From the NCBI GenBank assembly GCA_040954595.2, contig CM082588.2, forward strand, positions 2,177,027 to 2,241,026: a DNA stretch of 64,000 nt. Reading direction: 5' to 3'. The stretch comes from Balanoglossus misakiensis (Eukaryota > Animalia > Hemichordata). The position numbers were made by a program, and so were the translations under genes. This document shows positions 26,461 to 40,023 of this stretch, one piece after another (position 1 is the stretch's first letter; each line of letters starts with the position of its first letter). A model generated the notes under the pieces. That model was not told the DNA's origin, did not search any database, and was given only the letters and a program-made list of their open reading frames with translations.

Positions 26461-26533
26461 GATGATGGTGATGATGATGATGGTGATGATGATGATGATG
26501 ATGGTGATGGTGATGATGAGGAGGAGGAGGAGG
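26324..26533 (+). repeat. Imperfect (GAT)n microsatellite of ~200 bp ending in (GAG)n, in SHPRH intron 1
   Basis: Direct reading; it lies between the donor at ~26099 and the acceptor at ~26605. Confidence 0.95.
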
Positions 26534-26650
26534 AAATGCAATCTTTTTAATGGAAAAATAGTACCGTGATTGTAACTTGACTGTATGTGTGTCTTGTCTT
26601 TTCAGGTATATTATTATTTCCGCCAGTTACTGATTTAGGTATCAAGCAAT

Positions 26651-29600
26651 ATGCCGAGAAAGAGAAAAGGGGTTCCACAGAAAGTGGATGAAGAAAAGAG
26701 AGAGTGCCTCTCTTGGAATATGTTTGATGACTTTGATTCGCAAGAAAACATGCATAGTGACCATGATGCCACATCACAGCAGAGTACAAGTCAAGAAGGG
26801 ACCAACCCAGTAACTCCAGTGGTAGCTGATACTTCATTGGTTGAGACAGTGGAGAATGCCAATCACCCTGCAGTCAGCAGCCAGTCAAAATGCTCATTCC
26901 TAAATCTGGAGAACGGCATTAGCCAGTCAGAATACAACAAAATATGGGAGGCAGCGGATTACAGTATTACTGTGCATGATGCTTTGAAGGTCAAACAGGG
27001 AGAGTGGACAGGCAAACTTGGAGAATTCCGAGTCAAGCTCGGCCCTTTTATTTACGAAGGACCAGAAAGGAAGTGGACGGCACCAAAAGTTTTACCAGAC
27101 TATGAGAAATTCTCGTTGTTTATAAACAATGACAGCAATCTCCATTACCTAATCTATGATTGCTATGGCAACAACAACAATGAGAATATCAACAACGTGA
27201 GGCCGGATAACATTTACAGCTGTTTCAAAATTCAAATTGAAATTCCAAAATCTAGATACCTTGATGATCTGGAGTACTTGCATCGTTATGCATCAGGGAG
27301 ATTTCTCAGGGTTGTGAAGAGTCACTACGATCAGGTTGAAGCGGAGGTCGTCTTTGACGTCTATCTTCTCAAGTCATTTCTCAGCAAATTGAAGTACCAG
27401 TGTCAGCCAGGAAACTCAGGGAAACTGCAGTATCCACACTTACAGGGTTTAATGGAGTGGTTCTATGAAGTGCCTGTTTATAGTGAGTACACATAATGTA
27501 TGGCCAATGGGTCACACATGGAGTCCTCATATTTACGTGTCTGTATTTTTGTGGATAAGTGATGTTATTCAGATTGAGTGTGGGAACAAATTTACTGGTA
27601 ATTCCTCATCTTTGATTATTCTCTGTGAATTCAGATGTTGAAGAGACCAGGAAGGGACCACTTCAAGATATTAATGTGTTGTTCGATAATGTTCGAGATT
27701 ATCACGCAAATGAAAAAAGAATATCCGATGTTGATCCGCAACATCCAAGCTTGCTTCCAATGCTCAGACCATACCAGAGTCATGGGGTGCTTTGGATGCT
27801 TGAAAGAGAGCATTATGGGAAAGACAGCAGAGCAGGTAACCAAGGTATGTCAAGTAGACATTGTGAGTTCTGTTGTCAACAAGGATATTCAAAAAAGTTA
27901 AGCTGTGTGGTAGTTCCCCCATTAGTTCATTAATTCTAAGATTGCCACGAGTTCAAATTTTCAAAATTACCAGTTAATATCTCATGTGCCTTTATTACAG
28001 GAGAAGAAATTTACCCTCTATGGAGAGAAATCAAAATCAAAGATGACAAGATTCTATTCTACAATATTTACAATGGAGAGTAAGTGCGACTGCCAGTTGG
28101 TTAAAATTAGTACATTGCTTAGGGACTGTCTGTCGATTGACATTGCTGCTGATTCTTTGATCTGGAGACATACTTTTCTTGAGAAATGAAAATAATATGG
28201 AAGTGGTACCACTTCTTTAATTTTCAGAATTGTATTAGATAAGCCAAGCAGGGTACCACAGCATCCAGGAGGTATACTTGCAGATGAGATGGGACTTGGT
28301 AAAACTGTGGAAGTGTTAGCATGCATGTTGCTTCATCCAAGAACTGATCTCTCCTCTCAGAATCTACTTAGAGACATGGCCACAAATAAGCAGGTACTTT
28401 TTCTCTATGCTTCTGCTTTTATCATGTGTTTTGCGGTAGCTTCAGCCATCACATTAGGTGAAGTGAAGTTTACTACTCAATTACTCACACACCCAGCCAC
28501 ACACCCACTTACCGACTGTATGTCTTAATTCTTCACAGAAGAAAGACAACAAAAAACTTGGTGACGATTGTCAAGGTGCCACTGACAAAACAATGATGAG
28601 CATCTCAGATTCTAAGGAAGTCTCCAGCAATGAAACAGAGGCAACAAAAACAAATGATCAAAAACAAAATACATGCCAGAACGGTCATGGCTGTGTGGGT
28701 GTGACTCCTGCAATCAAGGACATGAACACATCCACCGAGACCAACCCAGTCATTGAGATACCTGTGTGTAGCGAGAAAGCAGAAATGATGTCTGGCAGTA
28801 CTTGTGAAGATAGAATCTCAGTGGATAAGAATGACAATGGTAAAGGTTGTGAGGAAGTTGTCACAGTGGAGCAAGGATGTGTTGCAGGAAATGCTATTGG
28901 TGGTCCAAGTTCAACCAACCAAGACCAAGGTATGGATGTAGACAACCACAACTCTGATTCCATGGGTGTGGATGACCAGAAAGGTGGGAACAATGGTAAA
29001 GCTGTTTCCGGGACAACTGTTGAGCGGCTGGTGGTTAAGCCCACCAAGAAGACGGCATCTTACTGGTCGAGACTTGGAGCCAGGAGCAAAGTTCAATTCC
29101 AGTGCATCTGCGGTGTGAAAGAGACAGAGAAGGAAAAAGATGAGAAGCTGAGGGTCAAATGTGGCAAGTGTGATCTGTGGCAGCATGCGGAGTGTGTCAA
29201 CTATGACTGGGAACATGACGTCAAGTATTACTGCCCTCACTGTCTGGTGGCAATGGTAAGGAAAAGAGTCCGAGTCTATGTACCAGTTTGAACTCTATCT
29301 CGACATGTTATAAAAGACTCTGTTGGATGTGGCATGTAGAAATATGTGGTACATGTTTTCAATTAGGTTATACTGTAAATGATTCCTCCGATTCCATTTG
29401 AATTTCAGCCTCCTCTACCATCATGTGCGACATTGATCATCTCACCGACGTCCATATGTCACCAGTGGGTGGATGAAATCAACAGACACATTAAAACAGC
29501 CACTCTCAAAGTGCTGGTAAGTACAACATAATTATACTGTGGATGCATCCATTCAACACAAATCCAAGTTTTTTTTTATCCAATCATATTGAAAACAACA

Positions 29601-32600
29601 CAGCTCAGCCAAATGTTCTTTGCAAGACTTAGACATCAATGGTGACATTATCTGTTTTTTTTTCAGGTTTATCAGGGTGTCAAGAAGCACAGCTTTATTC
29701 AGCCTCATGTTCTCGGTGGCTACGATATCGTCATAACAACCTATGAGACACTACGGAATGAAATCAACTACGTAGATCTACCACACAGTAACAGTAAGTC
29801 AGACTAATTTGCATATAAGTAAATATATCACTGATGCAATTTGAATATGTACGCTATGTGTTCTATCTAACAGGCAGTACATTGTGGTATTGGAAATAGA
29901 ACTGTAGTTTCCTGTTCTCTTGTTTTCTGCAGGTGACGAGGGTCGTCGTTTTCGCCATGCCAAGCGCTACATGGCAGTGCCTAGTCCAATCACAGCAGTC
30001 CAGTGGTGGAGGGTGTGTCTGGACGAAGCACAGATGGTTGAATGTGCCACCACCAAGGCAGCAGAGATGGCACTGAGATTGAGTGCTGTCAATAGATGGT
30101 GTGTCACTGGGACTCCTATACAGAAAGGAATGGAAGGTAATATGTGTATCATTATTAGGTGAAATTGTAACATAAATTTGGTCCTATGTCATGAGTGATT
30201 GCCTCATTATCATGTGGGTACATTATTTTTACACTGATTCATGCGATGAACATGCTATTATTTATTTTTTCAAAAACTTTAACCTGCATCTTTTCAGATC
30301 TGTATGGGCTGTTCCTGTTTCTGGGTGTAGATCCATACTGGGTCAAGTACTGGTGGAATAAACTGCTGTATCAACCGTATCTGAATGGGAATCCAAGGCC
30401 GGTCAATGAAGCAGTGGCCAAAGTGCTATGGAGAACGGCCAAAAAAGATGTCCTCGATCAGGTAAATATGTGGTTTTAAACAAAAAAATTGAGTCGGGTA
30501 CTATAAACCAGTCGAAAATTGTATTAAGTAGAAAAGCAGATGCCGTGATTTCTCTGACTTTATTTTCAGATCAACATACCGAGCCAAGCAGAAAAAATCC
30601 ACTGGCTCCGTTTCTCACCAGTGGAAGAACATTTCTATCGCAGGAAGCACGAAGACTGTGCTCAGGATGTTATCAGGGTGTTGAACAAATATCCCCAAGA
30701 ACCGGAGACCAAACTCAGTCGGCTGGATCGTCAAGTAGTGCATGCTGTAAGTTCTGAAATCTTGTAAGATATTCTTAGATGGAGCTGTCATTGATACAAC
30801 AAACAAAATGGCTGAATGTCAGCCATATTGGATCACATTACAAACCTCTGCCATCTGTTTTGTCACTTCACCTTTCCAGATGATGTGGCCACTCCTTAGA
30901 CTCAGACAAGCCTGCTGTCATCCACAAGCTGTCCGTGGTGAATTCATTCCTCTGAACAAGAGCACAATGACGATGGAAGAGCTGTTGAAGTCCTTGACAC
31001 AGAAGACGAAACTGGAATGTGAAGAGGCCCACAGACAACTGATCTGTGCCCTCAATGGTTTAGCCGCTTTGCATCTCATCAAAGAGGAGGTGATTCTACT
31101 GAAAATTATGCACATCGTTTTTTGCAAATTGTTCATTTGCTTAATGTTCCTGTATAGTCAATTACATGTATTTCCATCAACAATAAAACACTGGTGTTTC
31201 CTTTTAACAGCATGAAGAAGCAGCTGATAAATATCGCGAGGTCTTTCGTTCAGTTGAAGAGCACAGAGGCCAATTGAAGACAGACTCTCTGCAGAGACTG
31301 CACGCTCTTCACAACTTACATGAGCTGCTTTCACAGAATCATCCTGGAATTGCTCCAACATTGAGAGACAGTGAACTCAAAAAAGAGGTAGGAATTGCAT
31401 GTCATTCGTGTTTACACAATGTATCAATACCATTTTCATGGTCTGTAAGTATGTGCATAGATGATTTGCCAATCAGAAGATCTGATATGTTCGGTTGGAA
31501 TAATATGATCTCTCGTGCTTTCTCATAGGCTGATGACATCAAGTCAACATACATGGCAAAGGCCAATGCTTTGGTGTCGCAAACAGAAAAGAATCTTCGA
31601 GTCATTCAAGAAAAGATTACAGAGCTGAAAAGCAAGGTACAGTTGGTTGTCTTCATTCATAAACTTGTTTGTTGATCCAGACATGTATGAGAATTTAACG
31701 TTGATAAAAATAATGATTTGGGTATGATCTCATGGGTACAATCATGTGACTGGGTACATCTCATGGACATAATGTTCTTCTTGTGGTGCACAGTTCCAAA
31801 AAGGATCTGATTGGTGGCTTGATTGCATAGCCAGGAGCATCTACACGTATGAAGATGAAGACTTGGTGCAGAGAATCAAAGAAGAATTGGAATCCAAGGC
31901 ATCCACTGACAGAATGTCTATTGTCAATAAGTAAGTGATCTCTGTTTACACTACTGTCATAGGTTCAGGGAAAGTCAATTTCATCCATGTTTCAAAAGCT
32001 GAATCAAACCATCATGTTGAGAGACAGTTTCAAATCAGTGATGTCCCATTCTCTGCTCCTTAGATTCCGTGATGTCAGGGGTTTGCAGTACGTGTTGACA
32101 AGCCACCTGGAGAAACTACAGGAATCACATGCCAGGCTGCTGCAGACGTTGCATGATTTGAGTGTTGATGCCACGCCAGAGGTGTTGAACTCGGTTATCG
32201 AGTGCCACCTCAGACCGTTCAAGGGTATTGTCAAGAAAGAGTGAGTACAACTATTTGTGGTTTGTCAAGACTTGCTGTAAGATGTTGTTGAGAAATTTGC
32301 TTGTGTCTGATTGTTCAGCTTGTATTTTACAAAACAATACTTTTTGCCATTTTTTGCAGTTGTGTATTCTGTGAAGCAGATGATGTCTTCTCAGAATATG
32401 AAACAAAGTTGTTCTCAATGCAGACAAGGTGAGATGTGCAATATTTTAGGTTTTCCAGTTGTGTTCAGAGGAAGTTTGTAATTAGCAATGCAATGTAGTA
32501 TTGAGTGAATTGTTTATCTCTCATGTAACTATACTTCACCAAATATGGCTGACAATAAGCATAATTTATGCAGAAATCTGCAGGAGTTGGTCATAGAGGA

Positions 32601-35055
32601 AGGAGATGGAGACACTCTGGTGATGGGACAGGGAAGTCGGACTAAGGGTACATGGGCCGTGGGTGAAATTGAAAGAACACTGAAACAGATTCTTGGCTTC
32701 ATGAAGCTGCGTTATTATGGAGATGAACAAATACAGTATGGCAGTATACACATGGAAATGTTTGAAAATTTGAGAAAAGAATTCAAGGTGAGTTTATAAT
32801 GTGGAGGATTGATTTGGTTATTTCTATGAATATGAAAGTTGAATAATAATTCACTGAAGATTTCAGACTTTTTAAACCGAGAATACTAGACTCAGATGGA
32901 GTTCCGTTTTGTGTTCACAGTGTTTGCGATCTGTGTGGATGGCCCTGCGTGACCGTGTTGCTGCCATGGATGAAATTGAAATGACCACAATGAGGTTACG
33001 ATTGCTCCTACCAGATGAACCCCATGACCCCGACTCACAGCCGTACATTGTTGAACCGGCCAAGGTAGGTCAGAGTTTACAGGGCAAGCTCAGGTTTTAC
33101 ATCATGATTTTATGTTACCAGTCCACTAAGAAAACTTTGTTTTATTTTCTCATGTAGTTTGATCTCACCAGACTGAAGCACTTGTCAGACAAGGTCGTGG
33201 CGACATCAGAATTACGTAAGAAACTGGGCCAGTTGTTGTATTTGACCAACCTCGCCAAGGCCCAAGATGGCAGCCAAGATGGTTGCAACCCAGAGCCATG
33301 TCCCATATGTGATAGACAGCTTGGGACCCAGGTCAGTTTATGGACTAACAGAGATGCAAACACACACAGTCAGACAGACACACACACACATAGACACACA
33401 GCTGCCTATTATCTGTACTGACTTGCCAAAATGTCAAATGATTGAATCTTTGTCCCTTAAATAATATGTACATTATGCATTGCAGTGGAGTGTATTACAC
33501 TGCGGTCACTGTTTCTGCAATGATTGTATGGACATACTGATCCGCCAGTACAGCATGGGCGGTCGGAGAGGGGCCATCAAATGTGCAATATGTCGACAGA
33601 GGACGCCAGTCAGGGAGGTATCCTATGTCAGTACAGATCCCAGCAGTCATCTTGATGAAGATGATAGACATATCAATGTCAAGGTAAGATTTTAAGTGAA
33701 TATGAAACATATCTCTTTGCCCTTCACTCTTTCTCTCCTCTCTCTCTCCTCCTATCCCCTTCTTCCTCATACATGTACATGTCCATTCACGTATAACAGT
33801 ATCTGAACTCTGCTCAATGTCATCAATTTTCCCTTCAGGGAAGTCACTCTACGAAAGTTGAGGCAGTGGTCAGGACTCTGCGAAAAATCCAACACAAAGA
33901 ACCAGGAGCTAAATCATTAGTCTTCTCAACAGTAAGTCCGTTTTTGTCTACTGTGGTATCATGAAAAGATGCTTGGACTTATTGTTTGCTCAGTGTAGCC
34001 TTTGATCATGCAATATATACATACCATAAGTCAACATGTCAAAATTCTTGACTTCAGATCTCAAATACTTCAAATTCTTCTGTTTCAGTGGCAAGATGTG
34101 TTGGACGTTGTCGCTCAGGCATTGAAGGAGAACAACTCTGAGTTCAGATACGTCACAAATGCCGGGCATCGACACTTTCAGGCAAGTCATTTGTTTCTTA
34201 CTCTGAACAGTGTCTTCATCAATAATTGGAGTGCACATGCATTTCTAAAATAAGTCAAGCATTATGATGTGGGTTTGCTGCTTTTATCCAGTGAGCTCTA
34301 ACAAAACTTCATCGGGCCTTCATGTAGATCTGCAAAAATAATTACGTGTTGTCATGTTTTTTAGGCTCATTTACATGATTTCAAGTACGATAACAGGGTG
34401 ACTACACTGTTGCTCCCAGTGCATTGTGGGAGCCATGGCTTGAACATCGTGGAAGCGACCCATGTGCTATTGGTTGAGCCAATCATCAACCCAGCCAGTG
34501 AACTACAGGCTGTGGGCAGAGTACATCGGATTGGACAAACCAGGTATGGCAGAGGTTTGGTTTTAATGATGAGAAAAAAATGAGAAAGGTACTTCTGTTA
34601 TCAAATTACATATACTTTATGGAAGAACTGTTATTTCTCTTCTGAAGATGTATTTGTTCATTTTCATCAGGGCGACAGTTGTACACCGCTTCTTGGTCAG
34701 AAACACAGTTGAAGATCGAATTCACGCCATGCTGAAACCATTGCATTCAAGGTGGGTGTAGTTAACATGTACAACTTCTTTTTGTAATGAAAGACAAAGG
34801 TTGTGAAGATGTCAGAGTTATTTTCAATATATCCATATAGTTAACACACAAAGGCATCTAACTCCACTAACATGCCAGTAAAATACTGCTACTGATTGGT
34901 TGATTCTTCTATTTTCTTGAAGGGCCACCCTGGACACCACCCAATCAGACGCAGCGATCCTGACAGTCCGGGATCTCAGATTGTTATTCAGTCAGCATCA
35001 GCAACATGATGAAGATGCGGAAACGAGTCAGCTTCCGACTTCACAAAACGACTGA
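26651..35055 (+). CDS. SHPRH: E3 ubiquitin-protein ligase SHPRH (SNF2 helicase, PHD, RING), multi-exon
   Basis: LRPYQ, GGILADEMGLGKTVEVLAC, PHD finger (QCICG...KCGKCDLWQHAECV...YYCPHC), WWRVCLDEAQMVE, RWCVTGTPIQ, LLRLRQACCHPQ, RING (CPIC...CGHCFCNDC...CAICR), GSHSTKVEAVV, HVLLVEPIINPASELQAVGRVHRIGQT. Stop TGA at 35053-35055. A non-coding first exon ends at ~26098. Confidence 0.97.
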
Positions 35056-36100
35056 ACTGTTAGGATAATTAAGATCAGAAAAAACACCACAAGTTCAGTG
35101 TCCCTGATGTAGATTTACAGAAAAACGTAAAGCCCCAGTTACTGCTCCCTTGTTTGCATTATTTATTTTCAAACAATTTTACTTTTACTACGTCAGTATT
35201 TAGTAGTATAAGCAATAAATGTTCATTTAAACATACCAATATTATATATGGATTTTTTTTAATTAAAAACTATAGATCTGGACAAAACTACTGTCAGATG
35301 CCTATGTGTGTTAACTCTATGTATATATGGACAATAACTCTGACGTCTTCACAACCTTTGTCTTTCATTACATAAAGTTATTTCATCAAAGTTATTTTCG
35401 TTCTCCCTCCCCATCCACCGGCTCCTCGCTCTGTGGCACGCCACCAACGGTTAGGTACATAGAAGTATTTTGTTTCTACTGGACAAGAAGTTCTGAAAAT
35501 CCCTCGGCACATGTGGCGATAGAAGCGGACGTCCTATTGGCCGATTCAAACCCCACCCGAAATGGCCGTGTTTTCACACTGTTAGCCTTGACACGACGTT
35601 GATCTTGACCAAAACCGTCATAAAACAGAGATAACGGAAAGCTTATCTCTTTTAGTGGCATTCAATCTCGGAGAAACTTGACCTTAATTTATCAAACGCA
35701 AATATAATTCGAAATCTCAACGTGAAAAAAACACACAGTAGTTTGTTGACCTTGGTTTGAAGTTCGCCGTTTGCGGAACAATACATACAGGTGTTTTAAT
35801 ATCTTGGTATATTTAGGCAGAATTGTAGCATTTCAGTGGTCAGTTTAAATTATTGATTTTTAAAAATTTTGTAAGTGAATGGTCACTTACTGATCCACAA
35901 GTATTTGGCCGTTTATATTTGACTAAATGTGGCTTCTTCGCAAATCAGGTCACTTAGATACCGAATGCTAGGTCAGCAAATTTTTGGGGTAAAGGACATG
36001 ATTATCCCCTCCCCCAAAACAATTAGGCCCCTGGCCAAAAACACGCTACTTAAATATCACGTGGTTTTGACGGCGATTTATTGAACTATTGTCTTGTGTT

Positions 36101-36228
36101 TCTTATCTTTGACCGTGTATTGGGGTCTTGGGGTCATCATAACGGTGACATCCGGTCTATGAGATAAAACTGACTAAAATCTTTCTACCTATACAGGATC
36201 ATACCATTGTGGTCGCCAACCAGGTACA
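36101..36228 (+). promoter_or_regulatory. Promoter/5'UTR of SBP-like gene A, homologous to 41709-41839 upstream of gene B
   Basis: Both copies share TCTTATC (GATA site), TGACC, GGGGTCATC, GATAAAAC in the TATA-box position and CTAAAATCTTTCTACCTA...GGATC.TACCATTGTGGTCGC. Confidence 0.7.
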
Positions 36229-39200
36229 ATGACTCGTCTCGCACTCTTCCTCGTTATCGGCCTCTGCGCCTTGGGTAAGTATAGCCTATTTGGTGTTCTG
36301 CCCCCGATTTCTCTACAAGCTAGTCGAGATTCTCAAGTCATAAGCGGGAACTCTTTAGCTAGATTTCACCTGCTGCATCCGCTGGTATAATTTGACAAGC
36401 ACATAATACTCGGAGTTCAGAGTAATGTGTAGGGTCATTTAATATGCAGCCTTTCACAGGTGTTCAGGCACCAACGAGAAATTTCCTAAGCGCAGGAACG
36501 CACGAAATTGATGATGATATTACAGTACGTGGCATCAAAACTTGACCCGAAATATTCGCCCTTTGCCAAAGCACCACGTCCATAATTTCTTTCATATATA
36601 CAAATCTATCCGTATTTGAATGCAGGTGTCATATTGTAATAAAAACTATGTTACCACAAAAATGTTTTTGAGGTGTTAATTTACACTTGCTTCTGCGACT
36701 TCAAGTTCACATTTTAAAAATCGACAAGGTTTCTGCACTCGGTGTATTCATATGTTCATTGGTTGTTTGACAGTTTTCCCTCGTTAAGTTCCGTATACTA
36801 GCTGTATTTTTTTCTCTCGCCCTATTCCTAAGAAAATCTTGCAACGCGAAGGCAATGTGTCGACATTGATAATTAGTTTGGAAGTTGTTTTTGGAAAATA
36901 CAATTGGGGGAATGCGGGGAGGCCATGCAGATAATATAACCGGCTAATCCTAAAATGCTGTGTGTTGAATGGAAATGTGAATCCCATCAAACCATACGGG
37001 TCTCTTTGTCTGTTGGTATGATGCAGATTTTCCCAGGTGGTCTGCACGAATCCCGCCCATTTCAGTGACTGACACGTGTTATGCGTTCGTACTTATCTTC
37101 GGTGTGAGGATGTCAAGTGGGTAACGTTGTTCTGTGAAGTGGCAACCCCCGAGTTTTTCTTGTCTTTGCGGGGGCGGTGTGATGCGACCACGGCAGTTAT
37201 TTTAAGAACCCCGACCTCATAGTTTGTCCTGTCAAAGTTCGGCTGTGCGGCTGCCAAGAAAGCTTGTCGGTTGTTGTAAACGCTTTGGTCTAGGCGATGC
37301 AATTGCACGCCTCAGTGTATACCGTTATATACCAGCTCGGCCAGTCGAGATGAGGCGAGAAAAAGGGCTGGTTTGTCACGCAATCGTGGTATGTTTGACC
37401 AGGAAAGTTCACTCTATAATAGTGAGTGTTTTGTATCAGCGCCAGCTATATTTGATGTGTATGGGACAATCGGCCAATCAAGAAATCTCGACCAAGTAAC
37501 ATAGACATGGTGGGCGCGTAGGGTCTTTTTTTAATTCATGTTTACCTCTCAAAATTCTTCGTGATAAAGTTACGAGTATTAACCCCTCTCACTCCCTCTC
37601 GTTTTCATCTAGGCGCCAATGCCCAACTGGGCGAAGGACCCTTGGCAGACAAACCACCAGTTGCCAAGCTCATGTTCTTGCGCAACCTTCTTGGCGGGGG
37701 TGGTGGCGATGGAAACCCACTCATGAAGATGATGATGATGAAGCGCATGTTTGGCGGGGATGGAGATGGTCCCTTCGGTGGAGATGGTCCCCTGGGCGGT
37801 GACGGCCCACTTGCCCGCGCAATGGGATCAGACAACACCCCTAACCCACTCCTTCGTGCCATGTTCATGCGTCGTCTTGTAAGTACATGCCGACACCTCT
37901 CTATTTCGTACCATGTTTCAAATGTCAGTTCGTTGGCAAGGGTTACACTCTCACTGATATTTTACAGGCACAAGGCGGCGGCGGTGGTGGTGGTCCATTC
38001 AGCGGCGGCGAAGACAACCAAAGTGTCATGCGCCACCTGATGATGTTCCGCGTCCTGGGACAACAGATGGGAGAGAAGATCATCGAGAAGGCCGTTGACC
38101 TGAACAAAGAAAACAGAGTCTGGTCCTTCCAGTCCACTCTGTCATGCGACTGCGCACTGGAATACATGTAAGTAAAACAATACGTGTACCAAACAACTGG
38201 GGACATTACATCCAACCACGGGCCCTCCACACAGAATATATGGAAGGACTGTTGGAATCAGAAGCTTCCATTTGACGAGTCTTATACATCTTCTTGCCAA
38301 CAGGACGGTATCTTGTCCAGGCAGGCGTGACACTTCCCGCAGTTAGTTAAGGCAGTGCAGGAAACAATTGCATTACATGTATAGGGAAATCAAAATAAAA
38401 TCTTACAGACTTAGGAATCTTATTTTTGCCTTTACTATTGTCTTTTAGCGACGACGAAGGCAAAATGGCCGGTTTCACCTTTGACCTTGTGGAAGAAGGT
38501 AAGTGGTTATCTTTTGAGGGCATGTGACAGAACGCGGGAATAGATCCGAGAATAGGGGTCGTTTCTTTGAAGACGGTAAATGAAGACCTTTGGTTGGTTC
38601 TTCTGAAATGAACACTGACTGCTATTTCTATTGATTTCAATTTTCTAGTCTGCAAGACAGCCGGAAAGAAATGCGTCACCATCTTCGACGATTCCAGTAA
38701 CTGTTTCACTCACCATGCCGGCGAACATCCAAGAACTGGCAGCGGTAGGTGAAACTCATTTCAAGGTGCCTCTCTCTCACTCACTCACACATACACTTAT
38801 TCTTGCTCCAAGACTGTGTGATACTGACTCCGTCTCACATTTCTTGGTGGAAATTGCAGGTCTGTTGGGAAGGAACTACGATATGTGCATGAACTGGATC
38901 GACACCAACATTCGTCAACACTCTGTTAGTTTCACCAAGCCATACTGGCTGGAAGGCAGCGAATCTCATTTCTACGTCAAGGCTGGCAATCCCAATGGCT
39001 TCGAAGCAGACAAGTTGGCTGGCAAACGCCTCGGTAAGATTCCGAATATTGGCTGTCTCAATGTGCACAAGACATTTCTATAATCCATTCTGCAACCGAC
39101 CGGGATATTTTGTTGATTGGGGAATGCCTTCAAGTTGACTTCAAACACTTTCAAACACTTTCCATTTCTTGCAAACTTTTAATAATTCTTGACTGTTCCT

Positions 39201-40023
39201 TGAAATTTAATAATTATGAATGCACTGCTTTGTAGGTTTTGTTGACGGTTGGGCCAGTGACCCAGCTTGCCTGAGACAAGCCTCCGACGACGACCAACTG
39301 GCCGAGGTCGAAGCAGACAGACCAGAGGTCGTCTACGGCAGCAAAGACAGTCTGATCGAAGATCTGAAAGCAGATAAGGTAGATATATTAAGACTTCAAT
39401 GGATGAAATGCTTTTTGGTCACCGGTTTAATGAAGTTTCTGCTGACTTGTTCGTAATGATGGTCCATAACCAAATCATTCGTGTCAGCGCTTGCTTAACA
39501 CTCTCTCCTCTCCTCTCCTCTCTCTCGCAGATCGATGCCATCTTTGTGCTTGATTCCTACGTCTCCCAAGCCGCTCAGCTTGGCTTTGTACCAGTTGGCC
39601 CAGCCGTCAACTGTGGCTCCGGTCACTCGCACGGCATGGCCCGCAAGGACAGTCACGCCATCTCATGGTTTAACGATGCTCTGACCCAGATGATGGAGAG
39701 CGGCACATACTACAAGCTGTGTCGACAGGCCAGGCAAAATCACGGTAAGTTCACGTAATGTAACTCACAAAGTCGCCACGCCGTACTTTATCTCTGAACA
39801 ACGGCCAAAAGTTCATGATAGTGCATCATAGCGAGTTATGAATAGGATTTCTAAGGACATAAAGGACAAAATTACTGTTCTTATCTGATCTCACGTAACA
39901 AAAATGCTTTCACTACCGAGTCACGAGCCAAACAGACAGGCTTCAACAATCCTATTCTAACTTTTTTTTCTCTTTTCCCTTTCAGCCCACAAAGGTTCAA
40001 TCAACTGCATCGCACCACAGTAA
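36229..40023 (+). CDS. Secreted SBP family-3 (HisJ-like) domain protein A with Gly/Met-rich N-terminal repeats, ~408 aa
   Basis: Exons 36229-36274, 37613-37878, 37968-38167, 38449-38498, 38649-38744, 38860-39033, 39236-39378, 39531-39744, 39986-40023 (1227 nt, open). Signal peptide MTRLALFLVIGLCALGANA; SCDCALEY; GKMAGFTFDLVEEVCKTAGKKC; RQHSVSFTKPY; LAGKRLGFVDGWASD; DLKADKIDAIF; GMARKDSHAISWFNDALTQMMESGTYYKLC. Confidence 0.9.

Noticed and set aside
26240-26569. Poly-Met ORF (+) and poly-Ile ORF (-)
   Set aside because: These are translations of an intronic (GAT)n microsatellite in SHPRH intron 1. They are unrelated to the genuine Met-rich exons of the SBP array.
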